In this document: positions 30,181 through 42,431 of the stretch, in pieces | Layout: each line of letters begins with the position of its first letter | Numbering within the stretch: the stretch's first letter is position 1 | Assembly (NCBI GenBank): GCA_963664395.2 | Contig: OY761159.2 | Span: forward strand, 64,001-128,000 | Direction of reading: 5' to 3' | DNA: 64,000 nt | Source of the DNA: Candidatus Binatia bacterium | Lineage (GTDB): Bacteria; Desulfobacterota; Binatia; Bin18 | Program-made: the position numbers and the translations under genes | The notes under the pieces: generated by a model | Databases searched by the model: none | The model's input: only the letters and a program-made list of their open reading frames with translations | What the model was told of the DNA's origin: nothing

Positions 30181-30324
30181 ATGGCCTCCTTTTTCCGATA
30201 TTGTTGACGCCACAAAAGAATGCTTTTTCTCTTCCGTCGTCAACTGCTCCTCTTGCTCGGCGGCCTGCCCCTGGGCGTGCGGGGTTGGAGTCTGGGGGCT
30301 CAGCGTGTAGACAATAGTCTAAGT

Positions 30325-31731
30325 ATGGAAGCTGTAACTGAAACCCCGGTTCAAGCCGTCTCACCCGAACGCCTGCCGGTCGTTGCCCTGGTTGGACGAC
30401 CGAACGTTGGCAAATCAACGTTCTTTAATCGTCTGAGTCACAGGCGCAAGGCCGTAGTAGACAATACCCCTGGTGTCACCCGGGACCGCAATTTCGCCCA
30501 AGTACAATGGGATCATACACCGTTTTTGCTCGTGGATACCGGCGGTATCGAGTTGAGCGAAAAGGAGGGTATAGTCGGACGGGTCCAGGAACAGACGCGT
30601 GTGGCCATTGAGGAAGCCGACCTTGTTATTTTTTTGCTCGATGGCAAAGAAGGCATCAATCCGGCAGATGCGCAAGCCGTTGATTTACTCCGGCGGAGTG
30701 ACACGCCTGTTTTTTTTGCTGTCAACAAGATCGATGGCGACAAGCAGGAACTCACCTCGAACGAGTTCTACACCCTTGGCCTCGAATCTCTCTTTCCTAT
30801 CTCGGCCGCACACGGTCGGGGCATTGCCGATCTGCTGGATACTGTTGTCGAGACCTTTTCAGAACGTGAAGCGGCTCCTGACGCCGCAGCGCCATCTGTC
30901 AAACCCGACCTCAGGCTCGCTATCATTGGTCGTCCCAATGTCGGCAAATCTTCGCTCCTCAACCGCCTTGTGGGAGTAGAGCGCTCCATTGTTGACGCCA
31001 CTCCGGGGACGACGCGCGATGCCGTTGATAGCCGGCTGGTCTGGCAGGGCAAGCATATTCTGCTGGTCGATACCGCCGGCGTGCGCCGGCGTACGCGCAT
31101 TCATGAGCATATTGAGCAGGCCAGCTCGCTTATCGCCCTGAAGGCCCTGGAACGGGCAGAGATTGGCCTGCTGGTCTTCGACGCACAGGAAGGCATGACC
31201 GACCAGGACGCGCGTCTCATCCGGTATGCCTGGGGGCGCGGGCGCGGCATTGTTCTTGTCGTCAATAAATGGGACCTGATCCCGTCAGACAAAAAAGACC
31301 AGCCCCGATTCATAGACGCGCTGCATGAGGAGTTCCCGGTCACCCACCCCCTACCGATTGTTTTTCTGTCCGCGCTGACAGGCGCGCGGGTCAAGAACCT
31401 GCTACCCACTATTGATCGCGTGGCCCAGGCGCATCGCACCGAGATTCCAACTCCCGTCTTGAACCAAGCGTTTGAACAGTGGACCACCCGCCACCCGGCT
31501 CCCATCTATCATCGCAAGCCGGTCCGCTTTTATTACACGACCCAAGTCGAAACCAGGCCACCCAAAATTGCCGTGTACACCAGCTCGCCAGATGGCGTCC
31601 CGGCACACTACGAGCGCTATTTGGAGAACCAGATCCGAGGCGCGTTTGATCTCGAAGGCACGCCTGTCCGGCTCGACTTCCGCGCCCGCCGCCCGCAACG
31701 GTATGGGCGGGATGGGAAAAAGCGTCGCTGA
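30325..31731 (+). CDS. der: ribosome biogenesis GTPase Der
   Basis: Two GRPNVGKS G-domains, PGVTRD/PGTTRD, DTGG/DTAG, NKID/NKWD, KH tail Y.RYLEN..R. Start set at ATG 30325. Confidence 0.97.
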   Translation: MEAVTETPVQAVSPERLPVVALVGRPNVGKSTFFNRLSHRRKAVVDNTPGVTRDRNFAQVQWDHTPFLLVDTGGIELSEKEGIVGRVQEQTRVAIEEADLVIFLLDGKEGINPADAQAVDLLRRSDTPVFFAVNKIDGDKQELTSNEFYTLGLESLFPISAAHGRGIADLLDTVVETFSEREAAPDAAAPSVKPDLRLAIIGRPNVGKSSLLNRLVGVERSIVDATPGTTRDAVDSRLVWQGKHILLVDTAGVRRRTRIHEHIEQASSLIALKALERAEIGLLVFDAQEGMTDQDARLIRYAWGRGRGIVLVVNKWDLIPSDKKDQPRFIDALHEEFPVTHPLPIVFLSALTGARVKNLLPTIDRVAQAHRTEIPTPVLNQAFEQWTTRHPAPIYHRKPVRFYYTTQVETRPPKIAVYTSSPDGVPAHYERYLENQIRGAFDLEGTPVRLDFRARRPQRYGRDGKKRR

Positions 31732-31801
31732 CACAGGCGCTGGCAGGAAACGGCGTGCAGCCCAGATCGTTCATTGATGGTCGCGGCAAGAGCAAACGGT
31801 T

Positions 31802-32263
31802 TTAGTACACCCCCGTCGGCAATTTGGTATGATCCCAGCTTGAGGTTTTAACCGGTGTAATCTTGAGCACGGCGCGTTTTTTGGCACGCTCTTTCAGCGC
31901 CGCGTCTTCCGACCGTGTCACCGTTGTTCCCTGGAAGTCACGCACTTCTTTCATGATCTGCCAGACTTTTTCCGGCTCGTCGATCACTTCACACTCGCCC
32001 CGAATCAGGACGCCCTTGAGTTCGCTATAGGCATCGCCGGATTCGACCATGACCGCAACCTTGGGATTTCTTTTGGCATTCACGACTTTTTGGGCCTTCT
32101 TGAAGGACGACATATAAATAAGGCCGTCCTTGGCCATATACGACATGGCCACCACATGCGGATAGCCGTCCTTGCCGATGGTACACAGCGCCATATTCCG
32201 CGCTTCATTCAGGTAGGCGGAGAGTTCTTCTGTCGTCATGGCAATTTTATTTCGTCGGTTCAC
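31802..32263 (-). CDS. pyridoxamine 5'-phosphate oxidase-like (PPOX-class) protein
   Basis: CTIGKDGYPHVVAM, QKVVNAKRNPKVAVMVESG..YSELKGV, SWDHTKL. GTG start at 32263 after an RBS. Confidence 0.85.
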   Translation of the reverse strand: MNRRNKIAMTTEELSAYLNEARNMALCTIGKDGYPHVVAMSYMAKDGLIYMSSFKKAQKVVNAKRNPKVAVMVESGDAYSELKGVLIRGECEVIDEPEKVWQIMKEVRDFQGTTVTRSEDAALKERAKKRAVLKITPVKTSSWDHTKLPTGVY

Positions 32264-32547
32264 TGTCGTTCTCCCTTCTGTGTTACTAGCTTCGTTACCG
32301 GGCAAACCAGCCGCCGTCGATGACCCAGCGATGTGAGTTGCTAACCCTCACAGAGAAGACCCACCCCCTGACTCGCCCCGTCTGCGGCCGTTCTGAGAGT
32401 CGGCCAACTCGGTCCGCACCTTAGCTGGGGCGGTTTCTTCACGCAAGGAATCCGACGGCGACCCAAAGCGCCTCCCGCAGCGTGGGGAGGAATTGGCAGA
32501 GCCGCAGTCAAATGGTAGAGATGAGGCGCACGCAGGAGGATTTTCTT

Positions 32548-33714
32548 ATGGATTTTCAGTTGACGGATGAGCAAGAAGAGATTCGCAAACAGGTCCGTGC
32601 GTTATGTTCGCGTTTTCCCGACGAGTATTGGCGGGAGCGGGATGAGAGCGGGGAGTTCCCCTGGGAGTTTTACCGGGCTATTGCAGATGGCGGTTGGCTG
32701 GGGATCACGATTCCGAGAGAATACGGCGGGGCCGGTCTGGGCATTACCGAAGCCGCGCTCGTCATGCAAACCGTGGCTGAATCTGGCGGCGGCACCCAGG
32801 CCTGCTCAGCCGTTCATTTGGGTATCTTCGGTCTTGAGCCGCTCATCAAATACGGCACCCAGGCAGCCAAAGACAAATACCTCGCGCCCATTCTCAGGGG
32901 CGACATTCATGTGTCGTTTGCCGTGACCGAGCCGGACGCCGGCACGAATACGACCCAGATCAGCACCTTTGCCACCAAGAGCGGTGACGGCTATCTCATC
33001 AACGGTCAGAAGGTCTTTATTACCAAGGCCCAAGAGTCCAAGAAAATGCTGCTGCTGACGCGGACCACACCGTTTGATCAAGTGGAAAAGAAAACGCTGG
33101 GTATGAGTCTCTTCTTTGCCGACATCGACCCCGAGGCCGTGGAAATCCAGGAACTCCACAAACTCGGACGCAAGGCGGTTGATACCAATATGCTGTTTAT
33201 CGACAACCTGTATGTGGAGAAAGACGATTTAATTGGCGAAGAAGGCCGGGGCTTTTATTACATTCTTGACGGCATTAATCCGGAACGCATTCTGATTGCG
33301 GCCGAGTGTATCGGCATGGGCAAACGGGCGATCGAAAAAGCGGTCCAGTATGCCAAAGAGCGCGTAGTCTTCGGGCGCCCGATTGGCAAGAACCAGGGCA
33401 TTCAATTTCCGCTGGCCGAATCCTTTGCCAAGCTTGAAACCGCTGAACTCATGGTCCAGAAGGCCGCTTTTCTGTACGACCAGGGTCAGCCGTGCGGCAA
33501 AGAAGCCAACATCTCAAAGTATATGGCGGCGGAGGCCGCCTGCGAGGCGGCCGACCGGGCTATTCAGGTCCACGGCGGCTACGGCTATATCAAAGAGTAC
33601 GACGTGGAACGCTATTGGCGCGAGGTGCGGCTCTTTCGCATCGCTCCTATCTCGCAGGAAATGGTGCTGAATTACGTGGGCGAACACGTGCTCGGGCTGC
33701 CGAGGTCGTACTAG
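32548..33714 (+). CDS. acyl-CoA dehydrogenase
   Basis: EYGGAGLG, FAVTEPDAGT, INGQKVFIT, R.VFGRPIG.NQ.IQ, QVHGGYGY..EY.VER. Confidence 0.95.
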   Translation: MDFQLTDEQEEIRKQVRALCSRFPDEYWRERDESGEFPWEFYRAIADGGWLGITIPREYGGAGLGITEAALVMQTVAESGGGTQACSAVHLGIFGLEPLIKYGTQAAKDKYLAPILRGDIHVSFAVTEPDAGTNTTQISTFATKSGDGYLINGQKVFITKAQESKKMLLLTRTTPFDQVEKKTLGMSLFFADIDPEAVEIQELHKLGRKAVDTNMLFIDNLYVEKDDLIGEEGRGFYYILDGINPERILIAAECIGMGKRAIEKAVQYAKERVVFGRPIGKNQGIQFPLAESFAKLETAELMVQKAAFLYDQGQPCGKEANISKYMAAEAACEAADRAIQVHGGYGYIKEYDVERYWREVRLFRIAPISQEMVLNYVGEHVLGLPRSY

Positions 33715-33770
33715 CCCAGTGCTCATAATCGAATCCCGACCAGTTGTCATTCCGAGGAGAGAGACGACCC

Positions 33771-34811
33771 ATGAAAATCGGCTATATGCCTGACACCCAC
33801 GGCGGCCCGTATAATCAGCCCGAGCCCTCACCCGAGGCGGCAGCACAGTTCTGCGACCAGTTGCTGAACGAAGGCATTGAGGCCGAGCAAGCCGGCTTTG
33901 ACGGCATCTTCCTGCCCGAGCGGCATCACCGCACCGAGACCATGTTCCCGCCGCCGTTGGTCATGCTGGCCGGCTATGCCACGCGCACCGAGCGGGTTGA
34001 CCTTGGCACCTTTGTCCTGCAAACGCCGTATTACAATCCCATGCACTTGGCTGAAGATGTGGCCATGATTGACCTGATGTCCAAAGGCCGGGTCGTGTTG
34101 GGCGTTGGGCTCGGCTATCACCCCGATTATTTTCGGCTCTTCAACGAACCCTACAAGCAACGCTTCTCGCGCTTTGAAGAAAGCCTCGATATCCTGCGTC
34201 TGGCCTGGAGTAGCCACACCCCATTCTCCTACCACGGGCAGCGCTTTCAGTTTGACGATGTCATGTTGACCCCGAAACCCTATCAGGCGGGGGGTCCACC
34301 GCTGTGGATTGGTGCCGCTTACCCCGAGGCCATCAAACGCGCCGGACGGCTAGGTGATGCCTGGGGCATTCTGCCCTTCTGGGACCCCATACCGAATTTG
34401 CGGGCCCAGGCCGCCCAGTATCGCGAGAGTGCAGCGGAGCACGGTCGCTCCCCCAAAGTTGTCCTCATGCGGGATGGCTGGGTAGCGCCCACCCGCAAAG
34501 AGGCCGAAGACACTTTTGGTCCGCTGTGGGTTGAAGAGATGCTCTTCTACTGGCGCTGGAAACTCCTCTCACCAAACGAAGCATTTACCTCAGAGGCAGA
34601 CTTCACCATTGAGAAGCTGAGCCCATACCTGGTCATGGGCTCACCCAGCGAATGCATACAGCAGCTTGAAATGTGGAAAGAGGTGGTAGGGGCGGACTAT
34701 ATTATTATGCGCTTCCGGCTTCCGCTCGGTCCGGCACCGGAGCGGGTTATCGCCTGTATCCGTCAATTTGGAGCCGAGGTCATTCCGCACTTCAAGCCGC
34801 ACTTCAAGTGA
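33771..34811 (+). CDS. LLM-class flavin-dependent oxidoreductase
   Basis: AEQAGFD...ERHH, P..LAEDVAMIDLMSKGRVVLGVGLGY, PKPYQ..PPLWIG. Confidence 0.92.
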   Translation: MKIGYMPDTHGGPYNQPEPSPEAAAQFCDQLLNEGIEAEQAGFDGIFLPERHHRTETMFPPPLVMLAGYATRTERVDLGTFVLQTPYYNPMHLAEDVAMIDLMSKGRVVLGVGLGYHPDYFRLFNEPYKQRFSRFEESLDILRLAWSSHTPFSYHGQRFQFDDVMLTPKPYQAGGPPLWIGAAYPEAIKRAGRLGDAWGILPFWDPIPNLRAQAAQYRESAAEHGRSPKVVLMRDGWVAPTRKEAEDTFGPLWVEEMLFYWRWKLLSPNEAFTSEADFTIEKLSPYLVMGSPSECIQQLEMWKEVVGADYIIMRFRLPLGPAPERVIACIRQFGAEVIPHFKPHFK

Positions 34812-34815
34812 TCAT

Positions 34816-35409
34816 ATGCCATCTAAAAAAAGCCCTCCCCATCTCATCTTGGCTTCGGCCTCGCCTCGGCGTCGAGAGTTGTTACAAAAAACTCAACTCC
34901 GGTTTCGAATCATCCCAAGCCAAACAGAGGAAACCCATCGCAGTGGGGAAACGCCGGAGACCTATGTCACGCGTGTTGCAGCAGAAAAGGCAGGCGCGGT
35001 TGCCCAACATCATCCAGGCTTCTGGGTCTTAGCCGCAGATACCATAGTCACGTTTGAGGGGCAAATTTTTGGCAAGCCGGCAAATCCGGACAGCGCTCGA
35101 CAGATGCTCACCACCCTCTCGGGGCAAACACATCAAGTCCTGACGGCTTTTATCTTATTGGATAAAGCAGGCAATACGACCACCGCTGAAGTGGTGACCA
35201 GTCAGGTCACCTTTAAGGCGCTGTCGGAGACGGGGGTTGCAGCCTATCTCACAACCGGAGAGCCCTTTGACAAGGCAGGCGCCTATGCCATTCAAGGCAA
35301 GGGGCGAGACCTCATCGCTCGGGTCTCCGGTTCACGCACCAATGTCATCGGCTTACCAATGGACGAGGTAACAGCTGCCCTGCGTACGGTCGGCCTGCTG
35401 TCAGCGTAG
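34816..35409 (+). CDS. maf: Maf/YhdE nucleoside triphosphate pyrophosphatase
   Basis: LILASASPRRRELL, LAADTIV, GKP, DKAGAYAIQG, NVIGLP. Confidence 0.93.
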   Translation: MPSKKSPPHLILASASPRRRELLQKTQLRFRIIPSQTEETHRSGETPETYVTRVAAEKAGAVAQHHPGFWVLAADTIVTFEGQIFGKPANPDSARQMLTTLSGQTHQVLTAFILLDKAGNTTTAEVVTSQVTFKALSETGVAAYLTTGEPFDKAGAYAIQGKGRDLIARVSGSRTNVIGLPMDEVTAALRTVGLLSA

Positions 35410-35431
35410 CGTACGCATCGAAAAAAAGGCC

Positions 35432-36118
35432 ATGGATGACATAGCCAGTAATTATGCCCGCGTGTCCGAGCAGGTCGCCCGGGCTGCCGAGCGCGCGGGG
35501 CGGCGCGCAGACGAGGTCACTCTCGTTTGTGCGGCTAAGACAAAAGGACCCGAGTTCGTACGTGCCGCATTACAAGCCGGGGCAACGGATATTGGGGAGA
35601 ACTACGTCCAGGAAGCGCAACACAAGGTTCCAGCCGTTCCAGAGTCGGCAACCTGGCATCTCATCGGCCATCTTCAGCGCAACAAGGCCAAGATTGCCGT
35701 CTCGCTTTTTCATCTCATTCATTCCCTTGATAGCCTTTCACTTGCCAAAGAACTGGACCGGCAGGGCGCAAAACGGGGAGCAACGGTGCACGCCTTAATT
35801 GAGGTGAATCTTGCGGCAGAGGAAACCAAGGCCGGGGTACGTCCCGATGCTATTGACGCCCTGCTCGAAGGGGCCAGTTCCTTGTCTCACCTCCGGATTG
35901 ACGGCTTTATGGCTATTCCTCCGGCGGTCTCAGCTCCTAACCAGGCGCGTCCCTACTTTCGTACCCTGGCGCGGCTTCGGGAGCGCTATGCTACAGTGGC
36001 AGCAACCAAGACTCCGTTGCGCGAGCTTTCGATGGGCATGACGCAGGATTTCGTTGTTGCCATTGAAGAGGGCGCGACCATCGTCCGTGTTGGACGAGCT
36101 ATTTTTGGCGAGCGGTGA
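35432..36118 (+). CDS. yggS: PLP homeostasis protein YggS
   Basis: [43 protein letters not shown]. Confidence 0.96.
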   Translation: MDDIASNYARVSEQVARAAERAGRRADEVTLVCAAKTKGPEFVRAALQAGATDIGENYVQEAQHKVPAVPESATWHLIGHLQRNKAKIAVSLFHLIHSLDSLSLAKELDRQGAKRGATVHALIEVNLAAEETKAGVRPDAIDALLEGASSLSHLRIDGFMAIPPAVSAPNQARPYFRTLARLRERYATVAATKTPLRELSMGMTQDFVVAIEEGATIVRVGRAIFGER

Positions 36119-36157
36119 CAACGAACACCGCAAAAGGCGCTAAGAGAAAGGACCAAG

Positions 36158-36967
36158 ATGAAAAAAGTTGGCTTTATTGGCGCGGGGAATATGGCTGGAG
36201 CTCTGATTAAGGGCCTCATCAATGCACAGCTCTACACGCCCCAAGAGATTGTCGTCAGTGACGCCCTCCCCGCACAACTGCGCAAAGTCAAACGCCGCTA
36301 TCAGGTCGATGGAACGAAGGATAATCAAGCAGTTGTGCAGCAGGCACAGACCATAGTTCTTGCGGTAAAGCCGCAAATCATTGATCGGGTCTTGGCTGAA
36401 ATTCAGCCCGTGGTGACACAGACGAAGCGCTTTATTTCTATTGCCGCCGGCGTCACGCTCAAGCGTTTGGAAAAAGGCTTGGGAGGGAATGCCAGAGTGA
36501 TACGCGTCATGCCGAATACACCGGCGCTTCTGGGGAAAGGTATGACGGTTGTCGTCCGCGGCACGAAAGCGAAGGCCGCGGACGAAAAACTTGCCCTCCG
36601 GTTCTTCCGGGGCGTTGGCGATGCGTTAGCCGTACAAGACGAGAAGTTGCTCGACCCGGTGACCGGACTGAGCGGCAGTGGGCCAGCCTATGTGTATTTA
36701 TTCGCGGAAGCGCTGATTGCAGGAGGTATCAAAAAGGGTCTCAGCCCGGCGGTTGCCGAACGCCTCACCTTCCAAACCCTGGAAGGCGCGGTGGCCATGC
36801 TCAAGGAAACGAAACAGAGTCCCAAAGAACTCCGTGAAATGGTCACCTCACCCGGCGGCACAACTTTGGCTGGTCTCACCCGCCTCGAAGCAGGCACATT
36901 CTCCAAGACCGTCAGTGCAGCAGTCGATGCCGCCACACGGCGGTCACGCGAACTCGGACGAGGCTAA
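36158..36967 (+). CDS. proC: pyrroline-5-carboxylate reductase
   Basis: [36 protein letters not shown]. Confidence 0.97.
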   Translation: MKKVGFIGAGNMAGALIKGLINAQLYTPQEIVVSDALPAQLRKVKRRYQVDGTKDNQAVVQQAQTIVLAVKPQIIDRVLAEIQPVVTQTKRFISIAAGVTLKRLEKGLGGNARVIRVMPNTPALLGKGMTVVVRGTKAKAADEKLALRFFRGVGDALAVQDEKLLDPVTGLSGSGPAYVYLFAEALIAGGIKKGLSPAVAERLTFQTLEGAVAMLKETKQSPKELREMVTSPGGTTLAGLTRLEAGTFSKTVSAAVDAATRRSRELGRG

Positions 36968-36986
36968 GGGGAGGAGGGAGAAGAAT

Positions 36987-37292
36987 ATGTTTATTCTCGG
37001 GAATCTTTTACAAGCAGTGGCCAGCATTTTGGGCTCTTTACTCTGGCTCTATTTCTGGATCTTAGTCATCCGTATTGTCCTGTCCTGGGTCAATGCAGAC
37101 CCCGACAACCCCATTGTCCGCTTTCTCTCTTCTGTGACCGACCCCGTCCTGTATTACCTGCGTCGGCTCCTGCCGTTTCCAACCACAATCGGCTATGTTG
37201 ATCTGACGCCGCTCCTGCTCATGCTCTTTATCCAGTTTCTCCAAATTTTTCTGGTTCAAAGCCTCGTAGATTTGTCCCTTGCTCTGCGCTAG
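36987..37292 (+). CDS. yggT: YggT family membrane protein
   Basis: LSWVN.DP.NP.VRFL..VTDP.L, DLTP; follows yggS-proC. Confidence 0.9.
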   Translation: MFILGNLLQAVASILGSLLWLYFWILVIRIVLSWVNADPDNPIVRFLSSVTDPVLYYLRRLLPFPTTIGYVDLTPLLLMLFIQFLQIFLVQSLVDLSLALR

Positions 37293-37327
37293 ACATAATG
37301 CCGAGCTGCCGCCCAAGGCCGTCAGTC

Positions 37328-37356
37328 TTGACAATCAATACGGTGATGATTAGCGT
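37328..37356 (+). promoter_or_regulatory. candidate sigma70 promoter
   Basis: TTGACA-17 bp-TAGCGT upstream of the FmdB-like gene. Confidence 0.45.
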
Positions 37357-37399
37357 TCCGTAGTAGGATAATCCCCCAGGGATTTGGAGGCCTGCGGTC

Positions 37400-37780
37400 A
37401 TGCCGATTTACGAATATGCCTGTAAAAAATGTGATGGAGAATTTGAAGTCTCTCAGCGAATTACCGACGAACCGTTGAACCGCCATCTGTGCCCGCACTG
37501 CGGAAAGAGGACAGTCGTCACCAAACTGATCTCCCGGTCCTCCTTTCATCTCAAAGGCAGCGGCTGGTATATGACCGATTATGGCAAGAACGGATCAAAA
37601 TCGTCCGACTCAGACGATGCCAAGAGCGGTGAATCCAAGAGCGAATCCAAGAGCGAGTCTAAAAGCAGCGAGTCCAAGAGTGAGACCAAAAGCAGCGAGT
37701 CCAAAGGCGAGACCAAAAGTTCCAGCTCATCTTCGAAAAGTGAGAGTTCGTCTCAATCGACGAGTTCTTCCGCCTCATAA
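37400..37780 (+). CDS. FmdB-family zinc-ribbon protein with Ser/Lys/Glu-rich tail
   Basis: [11 protein letters not shown]...CPHCG...[13 protein letters not shown], then ESKS repeats. Confidence 0.9.
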   Translation: MPIYEYACKKCDGEFEVSQRITDEPLNRHLCPHCGKRTVVTKLISRSSFHLKGSGWYMTDYGKNGSKSSDSDDAKSGESKSESKSESKSSESKSETKSSESKGETKSSSSSSKSESSSQSTSSSAS

Positions 37781-37846
37781 TACCAGGCCGCCTGCTAGTC
37801 GCCCCTCTTACACAAGTCGCATTGCCATGCTAGGAAGTCTCCTTAT

Positions 37847-37920
37847 GGTCGCATAGCTCAGCTGGCTAGAGCGCTTGCTTCACATGCAAGAGGTCCGGTG
37901 TTCAAGTCACCGTGCGACCA
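37847..37920 (+). tRNA. tRNA-Val (anticodon CAC)
   Basis: Acceptor stem GGTCGCA/TGCGACC plus A, D-arm TAGCTCAGCTGGCTAGAGC, anticodon arm CTTGC-TTCACAT-GCAAG, T-loop TTCAAGT. CCA is not encoded. Confidence 0.95.
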
Positions 37921-37923
37921 TGC

Positions 37924-37952
37924 AAGAGCCCGCCTCAGCGCGGGCTTTTTTG
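37924..37952 (+). terminator. intrinsic terminator after the tRNA
   Basis: aagagcccgc-ctca-gcgcgggc-tttttt. Confidence 0.8.
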
Positions 37953-38072
37953 CTAGCTGAGAGTGATATATCTCACAGTGCGCGTCCTTGACCCTCTTTT
38001 GCGCCACTCAAATAAATATGCTACATCTGGCAGCTCATTTTGCCTTGAGAAGGGTGAGGGAGGTCGTGCATC

Positions 38073-38495
38073 ATGGCTGATAAAAATTTTGGACGGGTGA
38101 TTGAAGATCGACGCCGTGAGTTAGGCCTGACACAGGAGATGATCGCGAAAAAAGTCGGCGTCCGAGCGAATTATATCGGGTATTTGGAGCGCGGGATGCG
38201 CCACCCAAGTCAGAAAGTCGTCGAAAAATTATCAAACGCGCTCAAACTCGATGCACAAGACCTCTACCTTCTGGCTAACCCGCGCGTGCGCTCGCTTCTT
38301 AGGAAAGCAAAGCCGACTGCGCCGGGCGTGTCTCCGTGGCAGAAGTTCATTCGTAATGCCTCTCTCCAGCAGAAAAACGGATTAAGTAAAACGGAGCGTG
38401 ACGCCCTAGCCCACATTGCCAAAGCAGAAAGAGCAACCAGCATGTCCGGCGTCATCAAGGCCGTCCGCGCCTTGCGCAAGGGGTTCAAGGGTTGA
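38073..38495 (+). CDS. XRE/Cro-family HTH regulator
   Basis: RRRELGLTQEMIAKKVGV..NYIGYLERG.R.PS; RBS GGGAGG. Confidence 0.9.
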   Translation: MADKNFGRVIEDRRRELGLTQEMIAKKVGVRANYIGYLERGMRHPSQKVVEKLSNALKLDAQDLYLLANPRVRSLLRKAKPTAPGVSPWQKFIRNASLQQKNGLSKTERDALAHIAKAERATSMSGVIKAVRALRKGFKG

Positions 38496-38521
38496 CCGCC
38501 CAGCCCAAGGCTCAGATCAGG

Positions 38522-40543
<2,022 letters not shown>

Positions 40544-40586
40544 TTACAAGCAGCATTGATGTACGATGGAAATGTTGAGACATCGT

Positions 40587-40685
40587 GCTCCCTTCGCTGG
40601 CATTACCCAGATCAGGTTCCAGGGGTCGATACACTGCACAACACAGTGCCTCCTCTCAGCCGAAAATCCAGCTCCCCCAACACCT
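40587..40685 (-). promoter_or_regulatory. TPP (THI-box) riboswitch
   Basis: Minus strand reads GGGGAGC..GGCTGAGA....GACCCCTGGAACCTGATCTGGGTAATGCCAGCGAAGGGA, upstream of thiC. Confidence 0.95.
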
Positions 40686-40784
40686 TAGGATCAATGTCGG
40701 ATTATGCTACGCCGCCCGTCTCGGGCTGTCAACGCAGGCTTACATTCCGAAGATGCAGGTGCTACGCCTGCCCCTCTATCCCTA

Positions 40785-41996
40785 TTAATCTTGTTCTCTT
40801 TCATCCGGTCCCTCTATGTCCAGGCTGCCGTAGACAAACGTTTTTTCGGCCGGGGTATGCTTGAGTTGGCTCTCTTCCCACATCCAGTCTATGGATTGAT
40901 CGGTGTGGTCCCGCTCGCGGGCTAAATAGTCGCTGACCGCTTCGTGCAAACGCGGATCAGTCAAATAGTGCATACTCACGGTCGGCTGGGGATCAAATCC
41001 GCGCAAACGCTTGAAGTCACCACCCGCGCCGGGTTCAAACCGAATGAGGCCATTTTCAATGCAGTGCCGAATGGCGGCATAGTAACTCACATTGAAATGC
41101 ATATGCCGTTGCTCGCGCAACACGCCCCAATAGCGGCCATACAACACGCCGCTCTTTTGGACATTAAAGGTCCCGGCGATGATCTCACCATGTTGACGGG
41201 CAATCACAAAGCACAGGTTGCGCTTAAAACGTTTGGCCAGCAGGTCAAAGAACTCGGGTAAGAGGTACTGGCGTCCCCAGTACAGATTGTTCACCGTTGC
41301 TTGATACAGGTTGAACATGACCGGGAACATCGCATCCGGAATAGCCTCGCCACTCAGGACTTCGATCTCTATGCCGAGCTTGTCCATCTCACGTATTTCA
41401 CGCTTGATCTGGTTGCGCCGTTTACTACGGAAATGCCCCAGATAGTCATCAAACGTCCGGTAGTGATGATTCAGCCATTGATACTGAATACCCAGACGTT
41501 TGAGATAGCCAATCTGAGACAAGGCTTCGGCTTCGTCCGGCAAACAGAAATTGACATGCACCGAGGACAGCTTGTTGCGTTCACACACCTCGCGCAGGGT
41601 TCTGCCTAATATGTGAATTAAATGTGTGCGGTCGGCGCCCGCCGCGGTCAGAAACCGCACCCCCGTTGCCGGCGAGAATGGGGACGCCACCAAGATTTTG
41701 GGATAATAATTGATCCCGGCGCGCTGGGCGGCATCAGCCCAGGAGTGGTCAAAGACAAACTCGCCCATGCTGTGCCCCTTGAGATACATCGGACACGCCG
41801 CAATCAGGCGCTCGCCGTCATAGACGGCCAAATGCTGGGGCTGCCAGCCGGTTTTGGCTCGGACACAGTGCGACTCTTCCAGACACGCCAGCCAGTCCCA
41901 TTCGAGAAACGGCGAGCCCCGCCCGAGCAGACTATCCCACTCCTCCCGCCCCACATCCTGCATGCTGTTGAGTATTGTGACTTTCAGCTCGGCCAT
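40785..41996 (-). CDS. GNAT/FemAB-like protein (DUF482)
   Basis: GWQPQHL, YLKGHSMGEFVFDHSWA, YYPK....PFSP.TG, LYGRYWG, FEPGAGG. Confidence 0.92.
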   Translation of the reverse strand: MAELKVTILNSMQDVGREEWDSLLGRGSPFLEWDWLACLEESHCVRAKTGWQPQHLAVYDGERLIAACPMYLKGHSMGEFVFDHSWADAAQRAGINYYPKILVASPFSPATGVRFLTAAGADRTHLIHILGRTLREVCERNKLSSVHVNFCLPDEAEALSQIGYLKRLGIQYQWLNHHYRTFDDYLGHFRSKRRNQIKREIREMDKLGIEIEVLSGEAIPDAMFPVMFNLYQATVNNLYWGRQYLLPEFFDLLAKRFKRNLCFVIARQHGEIIAGTFNVQKSGVLYGRYWGVLREQRHMHFNVSYYAAIRHCIENGLIRFEPGAGGDFKRLRGFDPQPTVSMHYLTDPRLHEAVSDYLARERDHTDQSIDWMWEESQLKHTPAEKTFVYGSLDIEGPDEREQD

Positions 41997-42109
41997 AATG
42001 AATCGGTAAATGAGGAATCGATACTTCGCGTTTCCCAACGCGGCTCAAGTCCGGCTACTATAGCGTAGAATACGGAGCCCAACACCCCTGCCTGAGCGAT
42101 CCGTTTCCC

Positions 42110-42148
42110 GTGGGGCGACTGGTACTGTCGGCCGCCGAATTCGCCTGC
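42110..42148 (+). pseudogene. 3'-end remnant of a third LuxR-type gene
   Basis: gtggggcgactggtactgtcggccgccgaattcgcctgc (..RLVLSAAEFA) aligns with the ends of the two intact regulators (RLVLSVAVLA*, RRVLSVATFV*) and precedes the same box. Confidence 0.6.
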
Positions 42149-42166
42149 CCCGCTGCGGTGCGATTT

Positions 42167-42211
42167 TCCTATAATTTTATAGGAGACGGGGGGCACGGAA
42201 TTGGGTACAGG
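42167..42211 (+). promoter_or_regulatory. lux-box-like palindrome + promoter, copy 1
   Basis: TCCTATAATTTTATAGGA (42167-42184) overlapping GAGACG-17 bp-TACAGG. Confidence 0.7.
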
Positions 42212-42431
42212 GAGGGGGTGATTTGTGCGAACACGAGGAGTGAAGCGCTGACAGGCGCATGCAGGCCAGCCGTCCGGCTTTTCATAGACACCATACGGAG
42301 ACGCTGTCGCAGGGATACTCCGTTCGAGAGTGTCCTTTCTTTTCCTTTCCATACTCCATGAACTGTCTCCAAGAAACGGATTTCCATCATGACTGCACCC
42401 CACTGGAAAAACCGGACAAGGACGCACCGGC

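Noticed and set aside
37620-37775. Short tandem repeats (GAATCCAAGAGC-like)
   Set aside because: Ordinary low-complexity tail of an FmdB-family protein.
37847-38495. Prophage or island integrated at tRNA-Val, with XRE as repressor
   Set aside because: No integrase or duplicated tRNA 3' end was found; the tRNA has its own terminator and is flanked by core genes.
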